Assembly (NCBI GenBank): GCA_027923505.1
Contig: BROI01000010.1
Span: 620,001 to 684,000, forward strand
Length of the DNA: 64,000 bases
Source of the DNA: Mayamaea pseudoterrestris
Taxonomy: Eukaryota
Reading direction: 5' to 3'
The translations under genes were made by a program, and so were the position numbers. Shown here piece by piece: positions 12,170 through 24,211 of this stretch (its first letter is position 1; every line of letters starts with the position of its first letter). The notes under the pieces are model-generated. The model did no database searches. It saw only the letters and a program-made list of their open reading frames with translations, and was not told the DNA's origin.

Positions 12170-13438
12170 TTGATAGACATACGAGGCCTTCCGGCACAGT
12201 CGTTATTGCAAGCCATCAATTCTCATAGCTTAATCATGCTTTCAGTGGATGCACGGAATCTCCAAATCCAGGCCGAGCCACCGGGAACGTCAGTGGCAGC
12301 GCCGTCCGTGGAGTCGCTCTACAACGGCAGTCTTGGCAATGGCTGTTTCATTGGAGTTGGCTTCACTGTCAGTCGAGCCAAGTCCCTCTTTTCTATTGCG
12401 TCTCTTGCTCCCATCAATTTGGTTGTCGCCGACAAAAACAATGATTCATTGTCGACGATTTCCGACCTTCCAAAGCATTACCGCAGCGATTCGTCTCGAC
12501 GCGACACTTGGAACATGGAGACTTTTGACTTTCGGGAAACGTTCGAATCTCTTGTACGGAATGCACGAGATGCCCGACAACGGAGCCATAAGTTTGAGAA
12601 TCCGGACATGCATTTATCCATTGCTGCGCACACAGGCGTCCCATATATGGAGCTTCGTCGTGAGCGACCATTTGTGTTCGACGAGCATACGCATCCTCTC
12701 CACGCAACACTCGCTGAAACGCTGCGCGTCGACTGTCTAACGGAACTGCATAAACATCACGAAAGTGATATATTAGAGCCACTCCTCGATCCCATGAAAC
12801 GTCGAATCTTTCATGCAACCTACGACTCTTTTGTGACAAACTTTATTTTGCCGCTCTGTCACTCGCTGGCGATTGCCAAGGATGTTCTTCATATCTACTC
12901 GTCCGACAAGATTTACTACAAATATCAAGCCTTTCCAAATATTCGCATTGTTCGACCAGGAGAAAAGCCTTCTCGGCCGACATGCGGTCTTGCGGATGGC
13001 TACTCAATTGCGTCGTTGCAATTTCACGTTCCACTTACTCCGGCCGTTGGATCTAATGCGCTTTACACGGAGTCTTATCAAGGACGCGAGGACTGGCACC
13101 CGCTGAATGCCAAATCTTTCGGTATTGGATATATGTTCGATGGCACCCAGTGCTTGCACTTTGATTTGGGAAATACGACTGAGCAGACGCGCGTGGCGCT
13201 CGACTTTCGAGTCATGATCTATCGGGACGAATCACAGCAAGCAACCGCCTTGATGAATCCTCGCATCAATGACTTTCCTACGATACAGCAGATGCAGGAT
13301 CGTTTTTTAACTATGGATCCAAAGTATTACGACGAAGCCGTCATTGATCCTTCGCGATCGGACATTGTCGTCAAAACAAATCTATCGGATCAATTACACG
13401 AGCCAAGCGTTCTGTTAGGTGCACCATTTGCTGCGTAA
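12170..13438 (+). CDS. 2OG-Fe(II)/StrG-like double-stranded beta-helix protein, metal ligands apparently degenerate; start uncertain
   Basis: YQAFPNIRIVRPGE, FHVPLT, LYTES..GREDWHPL and CLHF..NTT..TRVALDFRV pattern. Confidence 0.55.
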   Translation: MIDIRGLPAQSLLQAINSHSLIMLSVDARNLQIQAEPPGTSVAAPSVESLYNGSLGNGCFIGVGFTVSRAKSLFSIASLAPINLVVADKNNDSLSTISDLPKHYRSDSSRRDTWNMETFDFRETFESLVRNARDARQRSHKFENPDMHLSIAAHTGVPYMELRRERPFVFDEHTHPLHATLAETLRVDCLTELHKHHESDILEPLLDPMKRRIFHATYDSFVTNFILPLCHSLAIAKDVLHIYSSDKIYYKYQAFPNIRIVRPGEKPSRPTCGLADGYSIASLQFHVPLTPAVGSNALYTESYQGREDWHPLNAKSFGIGYMFDGTQCLHFDLGNTTEQTRVALDFRVMIYRDESQQATALMNPRINDFPTIQQMQDRFLTMDPKYYDEAVIDPSRSDIVVKTNLSDQLHEPSVLLGAPFAA

Positions 13439-13568
13439 ACTAAGTATTAAATTATCATATCCACTATATTTGCATGTCTATCGCGTTCAGCTTGGCCAAT
13501 ATGCACGTATCTTCATTCTCAACTGTTATAATGCAATACTCTATGCAATATCAGTATAGTATTTCATG

Positions 13569-14678
13569 TCAGCGGCTTAGTAGCTTCAGAGTCTTGTCCG
13601 GCCATCCATACGCCTTTTTGTGACGTTCAAAGAGGCGCATTAGCTCATCGCAAAATTGTTGATGCATTTGATCGACTTTCTCCTCATCATTGCCTCCTCG
13701 TGTTGGAGGGTGAACTGGATGCCCAATAACATATAAGAGCCTCTGACGAAACGGAATTGGCAAACCATACTTGCCAAAGAACAAGCAAAGACTAACTCTA
13801 ATCATCAATGAAAGTCGCTCCAACGCATTTAAATGTAATCGCTTGAAGAATTTGCTGCTACCGAAACAATAAATTGGAATGACTGGTACGTTGTGCTTCA
13901 ATGCCATTCGTAGGAACCCTTTGCGAACAATTGCATACTCTTCGTCAGGTTTGGTATTTGCTTTTGGGTAACCTTCAAATATTTCGGCAATGCCTCCTGG
14001 TACAATACCAATTCTACAACCTTCGCTCAGGGCTTGGTCAACCGAATTTCGTGAGGCATCAATCGAAGATAGCCAATGAAGAAGGGTTCTGACGATGGGA
14101 AGTAGATTAGTAGCCGTCGCTATAACGGGTTGAAAGACTCCAAACGCTGATTTAGATATGTTGGGTAGCGCACCAAAGGCAAAGGCGAACGGAAATATGC
14201 CATGAGGCACAAACGCTAGGATCGATTGTTGGTCAGGAACCAGCAGCTGCCGCGATCCGTGACCGTCGTCTGCAACCACTTTCATCGCAATATACCGAAG
14301 CCACGCATCCCAGAGCCGCCATTTCCGCACATGAAGTAGTCGACCCACGCGAGGCGATCGATGTGGACCCCAAATCATGACGGCAATGGACGTGCATATC
14401 AGGCTAGCATATAGTCTTCGTCGTTTCCTGTCTTCTAAAGGAATTGCACGATATTGTTTCCACGCAATATAGTAGGCATATGGCACCCATGCGACGGCGC
14501 CAACCACAAAGAGGCTTGATCCAGCAACAAGCAATCGATCTGATAGGGAAAGTTGACCTTCGAACGTTTGGAGAATCACTCGCGATTCAGGAGGGTGCTG
14601 CGGATACACTGTCGGAAGATGACGTGAACTGAAATATTGATATTCGGTTTTGCTTGACGGTGAGTTTGCTGAGGACAT
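13569..14678 (-). CDS. DGAT2: Diacylglycerol acyltransferase type 2
   Basis: PHGIFP, PGGIAEIF, RKGFLRMAL, PVIPIYCFG and PIPFR motifs, with N-terminal TM segments. Confidence 0.9.
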   Translation of the reverse strand: MSSANSPSSKTEYQYFSSRHLPTVYPQHPPESRVILQTFEGQLSLSDRLLVAGSSLFVVGAVAWVPYAYYIAWKQYRAIPLEDRKRRRLYASLICTSIAVMIWGPHRSPRVGRLLHVRKWRLWDAWLRYIAMKVVADDGHGSRQLLVPDQQSILAFVPHGIFPFAFAFGALPNISKSAFGVFQPVIATATNLLPIVRTLLHWLSSIDASRNSVDQALSEGCRIGIVPGGIAEIFEGYPKANTKPDEEYAIVRKGFLRMALKHNVPVIPIYCFGSSKFFKRLHLNALERLSLMIRVSLCLFFGKYGLPIPFRQRLLYVIGHPVHPPTRGGNDEEKVDQMHQQFCDELMRLFERHKKAYGWPDKTLKLLSR

Positions 14679-15151
14679 GATAGAGAGTTTTGGTAGGTCT
14701 GTCGTGCGGACAGCGGATTATGTGCACGTTTTCGCATTTTGTGGATTTGTTGTTGTCGTCACTGCGGCCCTCCATTCTCGCGGTTGGGGAGTATTCATCA
14801 TGACCAGGCTGAAATATTTAACCCTTCCTTTTTCATGAAATTATTTGATCACAGCTCCGGGTTAGTTGAACGAATCCAAAGAAGTTCAATCCATCCCTTG
14901 CGATCATTTTTTTTGACATGCGACAAGTTGGACTGTACTCTGTACGCTAAATCTAAAGCAATCTAAATCACTCAAGATTGCATTATGCATTTGTAGACAC
15001 GAAGGAGTGTCCTGTATTGCACATTGACTTGGAAATTTAGCTGTCGGAGAGAAACAATTTTATACACTCGACTGCTCTGCTCACCAGCAGTAATCAGAAA
15101 TTAGAACGCGCAATCACCAATCAGTCGGACGAAATAGTGAATTTGCTTCAC

Positions 15152-16543
15152 ATGTCTGCAACATTGATGTTTCCGACATCTCCTGCCCTCATCCCATCAG
15201 TTTTGAGTAACGGAAATCATCCGCCCGTCCAGCTGCGTCGAGCGAACTACATTCATGTGTCGGATCTTACCAATGCATACAACATGGATCACGCACGCCT
15301 CGATGAAGAACTTGCTCGCGTCAAGGCGCAACAAGTACAGCAAAAACAACGAGCGAGCAATTCAAAGATGGATGCATCCTCGTCATCATCGTCGACTTCG
15401 GGTGTACCGACGGAGCTGACAACCAGTCATGCACAGCGGCGCCTGCAGCCGCCTCGGTCAGGGTATAATCTTTGTGTGTAAGTTGAGTATTTGTTTGAGC
15501 AGTTGATATGCCAATTGACTAAATTTCTAAGTATGACTTCCATATCACATTTCAGGCTAGTTGGTCAAGTCAAAATCGTGGTAGACAAGTCAAGGGTCGA
15601 CGGATCACGAGTAAGACTCGCCGAAGTCGAGGTCGGGGATGAGACGGGCGTCGTATCGTTACGGGCTCGGGACGATCAGATTGACATGCTGCGGCAATTA
15701 TCAGACAAACAGGGGACGGTGGTTCTTCGAAATTGCACTCTAGAACTCTATCAGGGCAAACACATTCGCCTGGCAGTGACAAAATGGGGAAAGTTGTGTG
15801 TCTATCCCGATCAGATTGCAAGTACTCCGCCACCGCCCAGCAAAATTAATCGAGACCGAAATTTTTCACTCATTGATCTCACAGTAGTCGCGAGTGAGCT
15901 AGTTGGCAACGAACAATATACATACTCGCAAAACCAACAAGCGTCACCGGACTCGGACCAGCCGTCTCCTTTGTCGGGGCCGAGAACTCCGCAATACAAT
16001 AACTATAGACCTCACCATCGTCACCAAAAGGGTGGGAGACGACCACCGACATACAGCAAAACAGGGGGAAACAGCCCTGGGTATACAGAACACTACTCAG
16101 ATCATCAAGGCTTAAATTATGGGGTACCAACGTACCATCAAATGGCAGCAATGCAAGGTTACGCAGAAGTGTCGCCTTACTCTTATGGACAATCAGAAAG
16201 CCTTACCACTTCGCAGCACCAGGTAGTGTACCACCGCCAACATTATCAAATGCAACGGCAGCATCAGAGACAGCTTCAACACATGTATTCATCATCCTCG
16301 GAGCACCAGAGGCAACAAGGTATTCCGCAGTCTCCTAACTTGACTCCTGGATTTGATCAGACCACTACTTTCGATTCCTTTGGCGTCGCCGCCATTGGAC
16401 TTTTGTCCGATAACTACATGTCGAGTCCATTCGCCGTGTCAAATCCATCACCAACCTCACGCTTGATTCCTGGTTCCACTCCTCCAAGTCCGGGCATGAA
16501 CCCAAAAGCAACGACATACGACTATGACTACAATAAAAAATAG
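15152..16543 (+). CDS. OB-fold nucleic-acid-binding protein with Q/P/Y-rich low-complexity tail; intron about 15460-15555
   Basis: VRLAEVEVGDETGVVSLRARDDQ...HIRLAVTKWGK OB-fold pattern. Confidence 0.7.
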
Positions 16544-16619
16544 TAGACTTTTAAATTTTTTAACCAACAAACAATGAATGGCGTGTGTCTGAGAAATAGC
16601 GAGCATATTAATAAATGAA

Positions 16620-17720
16620 TTACCACTTCCGGCATAGTCGATACCAACAAAACCAGCGGCAACGATCATCATTAGTCGCGTATCTCTGATGCAAATCAAG
16701 TTTCTTATGATAGCGCAACGGCGTCGTTTCTGAGACTGCCGCAGTGTCGACTTGTGGATGCTGGTCTTTAAGCCATTCCTCTTCTCGTAGTCGCTTCGTC
16801 TCCAAGGCCAGTCGAACCAAGACAAAAATCACCTCCTCGACGCCCTCCCCGGTAGCGGCGCTCGCATCCATGTGAAGCAAATCGTTGCGTCCACACCAAA
16901 GCACAACCATATCGCGATCAGGGTGCGAGCCGTCCTCTGAGCTAAGCAAACTATCCAAGTAGCTCCAATCTGTCGTCCAATTTTCGCGGTCTGCCAAGTA
17001 GCTAGCAATCTCCATTCGTCGCGTATTTTGTCGCGATGCAGTCTGATCGGGAATGTTGTCCCCAAAAAACTCCGTTTTAGATACTTGATATTCATATTGA
17101 TAATTTTGGCCAGCCCAAGCCTTGTCTTGCAGACCAAGAATACTTCGTCGTTTGTGTGTCGCTGGTAGTTGTCCGTTGCCTGTCTGCCGAGCTTGGTGCA
17201 GCAAATCCATCTTTGTCCCCACAATCAAGATTGGCTGTCTGGTGCTGGAACAGTTAGTCGTCTTCTTTATAAGATGTTCCAAATCAGCATACCATTTGAG
17301 TAGCTGCTTGAAGGATGTGGACGAGGTCACATCGTAGACTAGCATGTAAGCATCCGCTTGTCGTAGAAACGATTCTTGAAGTGACGGTAGTTGTCGCTGT
17401 TGCTGACCGCCAGGACGTTTAGCATCTAATCTTTCTCTACCCGGCGTGTCCCACAACTGAAGACTGATAATAATTTCATTGTCGGGTGAAGTCGTGTGGT
17501 CGCTTGGATATTTGAGGCGCTTGGTGTACCAATCGCTTCCTAATGTCGGAACTCGATTGCCCTCGAAATTTCCATAGAAGTATCTTCGCAGTAATGAAGT
17601 CTTTCCTGCACTTGAAGCACCGAGTACGAGGCATTTGAGCTTGATTGCCGGCTGTGTCGGCGGCAGTTGTCGATTTCGAAATGGGACAGGCGGTCGATTG
17701 TTTGGTGTTGCCAAATACAT
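16620..17720 (-). CDS. Atypical Rab-like small GTPase with long insertions
   Basis: G1 GASSAGKTS, PTLGSD, G3 WDTPG, G4 TKMD, G5 SAATG. Confidence 0.8.
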   Translation of the reverse strand: MYLATPNNRPPVPFRNRQLPPTQPAIKLKCLVLGASSAGKTSLLRRYFYGNFEGNRVPTLGSDWYTKRLKYPSDHTTSPDNEIIISLQLWDTPGRERLDAKRPGGQQQRQLPSLQESFLRQADAYMLVYDVTSSTSFKQLLKWYADLEHLIKKTTNCSSTRQPILIVGTKMDLLHQARQTGNGQLPATHKRRSILGLQDKAWAGQNYQYEYQVSKTEFFGDNIPDQTASRQNTRRMEIASYLADRENWTTDWSYLDSLLSSEDGSHPDRDMVVLWCGRNDLLHMDASAATGEGVEEVIFVLVRLALETKRLREEEWLKDQHPQVDTAAVSETTPLRYHKKLDLHQRYATNDDRCRWFCWYRLCRKW

Positions 17721-18051
17721 GATTGCTTACTGTTAATGCTGATCCAAGTTTCTAAGCTAAAGGCCCTATACTCCAGCTGTGCGCACGTGAGATGCGAGAC
17801 AATCGGGTGACGACATCGGCGATCAGATGATAATTGTTGCTGTTGCTGTCAGATGGGTCATGGAAGCGCCATTTCCAAAATCGTCGTGAAGAAGAAAGGT
17901 CGGTCCGGTACTGAATGAGAACCGATATGACATTCAACAGTCGAACCCAAGAAAACGAAACGTGATGGCAAGACGGCGGCAAAGGCCATGAGAACCTCGC
18001 CCGCACTCGCTAGCCAATGCATTCATACAGTACATAGATTGGAGGAATATA

Positions 18052-19866
18052 ATGCGCGCCTTCCTATCACTTGAGGTTGGTCTTTCGGATGCCGCAGACT
18101 TTGAAACTTTGGACGAGCTTCGCAGATCTGACAGCGTCTGTTTAGCACGAGTCGGCAATCTGCGCCTTTCGGTGACTCGTCAATCAAGTTCAAGCAACGA
18201 TCAGTCAACGCTGGTGGGAGCTGTCTTTGTACCGAGAAAGCTGATGCAAAGGACTCTAGATCGAATAGCCACTAGTTGCGCTGGGAATGTTTTGAGTCAA
18301 CAAATTGTTGATTGGAACGAAGCGGCAAACAAGTCATCTAAATCAGCTATGACATTTCCATTAGCGGAACCTTCTGGCTATTCCTCCAAATTTCTGGCTT
18401 TTGCTCATCCAGAACTTGGCAAAGAGCAAGTTCTATGTTTTCTGTCGTTTGATAGCGACCAACATTCACCTGCTGATGTTGTGCTCTTTGATTTGTCGAA
18501 AGCGTCCCCTCAACGAATACATGACATTTTGGATGCGACGAATGGCAAAGCGATTCATGATGACGCATCAGTCCAAAACAATTTATTGCTAAAGGTTCTC
18601 GTCCTTTCGAATGTATACTTTTGTAAGCAACAACAGAAACGCCCTGATGCACCAAAGGGCTTCGATGTTCCGATATGTCCAATTTGCATTCATCGAATCG
18701 AACCCGCTCGCATCGGACTGCCAAAACCAAAAAATGTCGATGTATGTTCCAAATTTTGTCCAACGCCACACATTATTAATGATGGGAAGACTTTCAATGA
18801 CAATATCTGTTTAAAGCAGCAGCTATTACGTCCTTGGCCTGCGCCGTCGAAATGCGCATGCTGTTCGAACATAGGTTCATACTGGAGCCATACGCCGGCA
18901 GATAGGGAAACTGAAACGGCGAGTGGCCGGATTGCTGAGCTGGCGGATATGTTTTGTTACAAATGTCCAATGCAAGAAACTCTTTGGGTGTGTCTGACGT
19001 GTGGATTCATTGGCTGTGGTCGGTACTCCAACAAGCATGCTGCCGAGCATTTTATCGAAACAAACCATCCTTACTCGCTTGAGCTAGCAACTCTACGTAT
19101 ATGGGACTACGTTGAAAGTGAGTATGCTCATCGCACGGATTTATTGGAGTGTCCTTCGTCGCCGCCATTGCTGCATCCTTTTCGGAGCCTTGCGGCATTG
19201 TCTGCTGCGCGACCGTCAAGGAGACTGAACGGCGATGATGGGTACGCCTCAACAGATCCTTTTGGTAATTTTAGTGCGCTACGCAGCAGCGCTTTCTATG
19301 CAAGTGCAATTGAGGAAAAGACACCAAAAAAGACAAGTATGATTGGAGAGGAATATGAAACGATGCTTCAGAGTGCGCTGGATGATCAGGCTCAACACTT
19401 TGAGGCCGAAATCACTAGGCTTCGAGCTCAACTGACGGCGGAGCGAGTAGACGCGTCGCAAATGACGGAAAATGAGCGAAGGGTAATCACGGACTTGCAG
19501 AGGGATATTAGTCTACTTCGGTCAAACATTGATTCCGCCGCGAGAAATGTAGTTCTGGCCCAGTCCCAGGAAGCAAGGCAGAGGGCTACGTCGCATAAAT
19601 TGGTTCGAGAGCAGCAAGTCGTGCAAGACTTAATCGTCAGGATAAAAGAGGAGATGGCAGTGGAGCTGAACATTGGTAGGCGGCGAACGGATGAAATGGA
19701 GTCACAAATTGCCGACTTGACGGCGAATCAACGAATGCGCCATCAGTTTTCCCAAAATGACGAGCTGCTTAATGCGCAGCTCTTTGGAACTCCAACTGTG
19801 GACCCTGAAGCGAAAGAAAGCTTCAAAAAACTTGGAAAGAAATCTAGGCGGTTGTTGAAAAGATAG
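18052..19866 (+). CDS. BRAP2/ETP1-like protein (RING-like + zf-UBP + coiled coil)
   Basis: PICPICIHRI; LWVCLTCGFIGCGRYSNKHAAEHFIETNHPYSLELATLRIWDY; EYETMLQSALDDQAQHFE. Confidence 0.85.
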   Translation: MRAFLSLEVGLSDAADFETLDELRRSDSVCLARVGNLRLSVTRQSSSSNDQSTLVGAVFVPRKLMQRTLDRIATSCAGNVLSQQIVDWNEAANKSSKSAMTFPLAEPSGYSSKFLAFAHPELGKEQVLCFLSFDSDQHSPADVVLFDLSKASPQRIHDILDATNGKAIHDDASVQNNLLLKVLVLSNVYFCKQQQKRPDAPKGFDVPICPICIHRIEPARIGLPKPKNVDVCSKFCPTPHIINDGKTFNDNICLKQQLLRPWPAPSKCACCSNIGSYWSHTPADRETETASGRIAELADMFCYKCPMQETLWVCLTCGFIGCGRYSNKHAAEHFIETNHPYSLELATLRIWDYVESEYAHRTDLLECPSSPPLLHPFRSLAALSAARPSRRLNGDDGYASTDPFGNFSALRSSAFYASAIEEKTPKKTSMIGEEYETMLQSALDDQAQHFEAEITRLRAQLTAERVDASQMTENERRVITDLQRDISLLRSNIDSAARNVVLAQSQEARQRATSHKLVREQQVVQDLIVRIKEEMAVELNIGRRRTDEMESQIADLTANQRMRHQFSQNDELLNAQLFGTPTVDPEAKESFKKLGKKSRRLLKR

Positions 19867-20014
19867 TAAAAGAGTGCTTGTAAAAAACTTTCAGTGCAGT
19901 GTTAAGTTTCTAGTAGGTATGTTTTGAAAATCGCTGAACAACCGGTATTACACGACGCAAATCAGTTGCAAATGTGCACGCGTATAAAGTCTGACATAAC
20001 AAAGTATGCCTTCG

Positions 20015-22594
20015 TTAATTTTGCGCTCGAAAATACTTCGTCGCCTGAATTACAATGTACCCCAGTATACAGCACAGCAGCAAAGGAATTTTTATCCATC
20101 CTAGCAGCATCACACTCGTCGCAACGTAGCCAAAAACGCAGCAAAAGGAAAGATTTCTGTAATCTGCGAGAAACCGAAGGTTAATCCTACCTGTGGAGAA
20201 ACCAAGCCACTTGTTCAGTCGAATAGACAGCGAAACGAACAAAGTGACCAACCAGGCAAACTCGTATGATCCAATGACAGCTTGATCTAAAAGTTCATTA
20301 TCAGATTGAACGTCGAGTGGCGAGCAGACAACTTCTCCCCGCAGCAAGCGCTCGCGGCCCTCCTCCGTAAGCATTCCTTCCTTGGTGCGTGCAGGTGTGC
20401 GAGTGTCTTGATCATCGTCACTGCCATGTGCCCTATCTCGTCCAGGAAAAATCTGGTATGTGTCCGGCAAATTGACCAAAAGCGTGGCTCGCTCAAAAAC
20501 TATCAAAAGACTCCTTTCTTCTAACGCCAATGTCCCGCCTCCAACAAGCTTGGCGTGTAACCGTTCAAAAAAATCCAAGTCAGCTTTTCTTTTTGAGTGG
20601 TGCATATGCATCTCTTCTAGTAACAAACGCATGTCGGATTGGCAAGCAGACAAATTCATTTCACGATTAGGAGGGGCAAATGGACCGAGTGATGCAAGGT
20701 GGTAATCAATCAGCTCCGCGAACCTGGTATCACCTCGCAAAAGCCGACTAATCGTACCAATGAGCTCCGGTGTGAACACAACAAAGACTTTAGAAACAAT
20801 ACGACACGCCCATTGAAAATTGTGGGCGGAAAAGTCAAGTTCTCGCGCACGACGAAGGAAGAGGGCCAAGGGAACTGTGTACACGCACAAGTTCACCGCT
20901 ACGTAAGGTTCCCACTGTCGTTGATCGTAAGTCATTCGGTTGTTGTGGTGCTGGATGCATTTCAAACGCGGCTGTTGTTGCGAAGATGGCGTTCCACTAA
21001 CAAAACTGCCGCCGTTGGCTACGTATTTCCATGGTTCAATCCAGTTTAACCAAACGTCCAGAGCCGCGAAGAATGTTGAGTTCGGATTGTGTATCGGAGC
21101 GAAACGAAGTGCTGCACGTACGTAGTTGTAGATTGGAAGCTGCAAGGTGGTCATCGCGTCCGTCAAACAGCCGTGGCTACCAATATCGTCGATACTCTTG
21201 TCCTGACTCATCGACGTCGCAGGCTCACAATAGCTCTGAACCATAAAGTGAACTTTAGGTTGGGACAAGACGAGCTGCACCAGTTCGGAAATGCACTCCT
21301 TGACCAGTGACGAAAAGAATGTGAGACCGCCCTTGCCAACAGTTAGTTCGTAGCTAGCATCCAAATCAAAACCTTTATTAGGCGGTTGCACGTCAAACAT
21401 GATCCCCAATCGACGCTGATGTTTCTCTCGCCAAGCCGCCACTACGCTTTCCGTCGTCTGCAAGCATGCCTGCGATTCAATCCAGAGCGCAATAACCAGT
21501 CGCAGAAAGAGCTCCGAATCTTTTCGTGGAGAGCTCCGTGTATCATGCGGCTCTGCCCAACTAGCCGACAAGAAGTGGCGACAATATTGTTTAAACAAAT
21601 GTAAATATACCATTTGGCCGTGCGGATTGAAACGGCGTACTTCCCTCTTAAGTAACAGTCGCGAGACGGGAGCTGCTCCAGGAGATGCTGTCAGCGCCTG
21701 CGGAGGGGCGAGGCCAAAATGAAGAAATACGAAAAAGTAGTACTCGAGCATTCCAAGTCGCACCGTAGGCGAAGCAGATGGATCATTTTCGTCTTTATAA
21801 GTAGGTGGCAGCGTATTAATAATTCGTTGGGACGAAGGTGAAACGAACGGTTGTCGGATCGAAGAAACAAGTGAAGGAGCCGGTATTTGAAAAGGACCTG
21901 CAGCCGCTCCTCCATTCTTGCGCTGGTGTCCTCCCATTTTGTTACGAAAAGCAATGAGTTGGTGTTGTTCTGATGGTTTGAATCGTAAGAGCTCCAGAAA
22001 CAGTGTCTTCTCATTGTCAGAAACGCATACTTGCATTTGGTGTTGACCTGCCGTCTGCAACGACATACGTTCCCAATCTGCAGCCGCAATCCATGCACTC
22101 TGAAACTGCTTTGGAAGGCAAGGAAAGTCAAGCGAATAGCCGACGCTGGGGCGGTTTTCAGACTCTCCTGATATTGCCGTCAAAAGTGTCAAGGAAGAGC
22201 TCGCACCATCGCGAAAGTGCTGATCTTTAGGAGCAGCTGCAAGAGGATTTACATCCAAGAGTCTGACCACCGGATCATCCTTCCATGTTTTCTTCACATT
22301 AGTCTTCGGATTCCCAATGCGATGCTGTGGCGACTGTGGACCCTCTGTGTTTATAGGCATTCTCCAACGTTGCGGCGTGGCCAGCCAAGCACTGTCCTTG
22401 TGTCGATAGACGCCGTCACTCCCACAAATAAGCGGGCCAAAGACTCGATCGCAGAGAGGAACAAAAAGGCTCTTGCAAAATCGAGCCTCCGCTGCAGCGC
22501 CTCCCATGGGAAGCGCATCATTGAGAAAATCAAGAACGGCGATTGCCGTTTCGTTCGGATTGTATTTTTCGTCTCGTAAAGCTTCTTCAAGCAT
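20015..22594 (-). CDS. Sphingomyelin phosphodiesterase 4 (SMPD4)-like membrane protein
   Basis: MLEYYFFVF, WLNWIEPWKY, WEPYVAVNL..YT, SYEF and INLRFLADYR, plus C-terminal TM. Confidence 0.7.
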   Translation of the reverse strand: MLEEALRDEKYNPNETAIAVLDFLNDALPMGGAAAEARFCKSLFVPLCDRVFGPLICGSDGVYRHKDSAWLATPQRWRMPINTEGPQSPQHRIGNPKTNVKKTWKDDPVVRLLDVNPLAAAPKDQHFRDGASSSLTLLTAISGESENRPSVGYSLDFPCLPKQFQSAWIAAADWERMSLQTAGQHQMQVCVSDNEKTLFLELLRFKPSEQHQLIAFRNKMGGHQRKNGGAAAGPFQIPAPSLVSSIRQPFVSPSSQRIINTLPPTYKDENDPSASPTVRLGMLEYYFFVFLHFGLAPPQALTASPGAAPVSRLLLKREVRRFNPHGQMVYLHLFKQYCRHFLSASWAEPHDTRSSPRKDSELFLRLVIALWIESQACLQTTESVVAAWREKHQRRLGIMFDVQPPNKGFDLDASYELTVGKGGLTFFSSLVKECISELVQLVLSQPKVHFMVQSYCEPATSMSQDKSIDDIGSHGCLTDAMTTLQLPIYNYVRAALRFAPIHNPNSTFFAALDVWLNWIEPWKYVANGGSFVSGTPSSQQQPRLKCIQHHNNRMTYDQRQWEPYVAVNLCVYTVPLALFLRRARELDFSAHNFQWACRIVSKVFVVFTPELIGTISRLLRGDTRFAELIDYHLASLGPFAPPNREMNLSACQSDMRLLLEEMHMHHSKRKADLDFFERLHAKLVGGGTLALEERSLLIVFERATLLVNLPDTYQIFPGRDRAHGSDDDQDTRTPARTKEGMLTEEGRERLLRGEVVCSPLDVQSDNELLDQAVIGSYEFAWLVTLFVSLSIRLNKWLGFSTGRINLRFLADYRNLSFCCVFGYVATSVMLLGWIKIPLLLCCILGYIVIQATKYFRAQN

Positions 22595-22889
22595 CGTTAA
22601 ATTTTATTTGATAAATCTCAGCAGCGGTCAAAAACTAGCTACTCGTCTTTTCGTACATGCACTTGGCGAGAAGATTGATACGTCTACAAATGAAAGCCTT
22701 GCACCGAAAAGTCCAGTAGTGCAGCGCGCATTAAGTTCATGGTGATCGAGAATCAGCATCGATTGATGTCGTTCCGGTACTCCAATGATGACGTATGACA
22801 TCATCAACGATTCGAATTTGCGCCGTCATGTCGCCATGCGGCCATGCGGAAGAATGCGCTGCGCATCCAATAATGACGATAGGACGACC

Positions 22890-24211
22890 ATGGATTTTAA
22901 ACCGGAACATGTACACTATGACATCGTAGAGAAGTGGATTCGCGATGGTATCAAAGAAAGCCATGACGCCTACTTTGATGTCAATCGTTTCGACATCGAG
23001 TTGCAACGGATTGAGGACAAATTTATTTTCCATCACAAAGTAGGTTCTCTTCACCATTGCTGCTGTTTTCTTTACACTGGTGTTACGAAGATTCATCGAA
23101 TCAAATGGCTCATCCTTATCGTTTCTTTAGTCGCTTGTATCCTTTGTTCGGAACTGCATGGTGCCTCATATAAAAAGGACATCTCCGAAAGTCAAAGCAA
23201 ATCTAAGCAAATACATTGAACAATACATACAAGGACGTACTATTCTATCGCTGGCCAAAGAGGCAAACTACTCTCCGCATTTGTTTTCGCGTTACTTGGT
23301 GGAGGCGCTCACGCAATTTAAGTCAAAGAAACTGACCGATGCCTTGCGAAACCCTGAGGTTCACCTCGTAGATGCCAACGTCTTTCAAGAGAAGTACAGA
23401 TTAAGTCAAATCACATCGAATCGACTTGCACGAGAAGTTTTAGAGGCCCAGCAAGCCGACCCGCTTCATGGTCCACGAGCCGAAGTGCAACGGCACATGC
23501 TTGGCATTGAATTTGAATGTGTTTTGGAGTATCAGCTTCGCCAAATAGGTAAGTATCTTTTCAGCTGTAGCGCTTTACCTCCATGGAAGTATTCGTTCCC
23601 TGATGTACCATGCAGCACTCATACCGATCGATCATTTCACCTAGGGATTGGCTTCGACACAGAGGACCAGCTAAGAAAGATTGGGACCTCCCGCACGCCC
23701 GACGTCCTATTAGCGTCTCCACTTGCCGTGAGGGTTCCTTGCAAGAAGTGCACTGGTTACGAGTGGAAAGTGATTTGTTGGATTGATTCCAAGGTATGGC
23801 AACGCATTTCGTTGTCGGTCGTGTACTCATATGTGTTCGTCAACCTTGCTAATCGCTTCATCCTTGCATATATTCTCATTATAGGCACTCTACGGGGACA
23901 TCTGGACTCACAATACATCCATTATTTCCCAGGCAGAATCGTGAGTATTCAATTAGTTTGATGCTCGTTACTGTTGCGTTTTTTACCTCATGTCCTTGTT
24001 CAGATATATCCATCGCTTCGGGCCTGGTTTGATAATGTATTGGCTAGGGCATGCACCGCTTAACCGACTGAACGACGCAAATGGTCAACTTGTTATTTGT
24101 GGCTGGCAGGTCCCAAGACAGTTCATGCATCCGGATGGAAAGTTCATTTGCGCCGCGACTTATATGTTATCGCCTAGCGCGAGTCGTGGGCGCAATTGCC
24201 ATTGCATATAA
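22890..24211 (+). CDS. CDAN1-interacting nuclease 1 (C15orf41/CDIN1)-like, multi-exon
   Basis: GIEFECVLE, TEDQLRK, RTPDVLL, WIDSK and RFGPGLIMYW spread over GT-AG-separated segments. Exon boundaries approximate. Confidence 0.8.
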
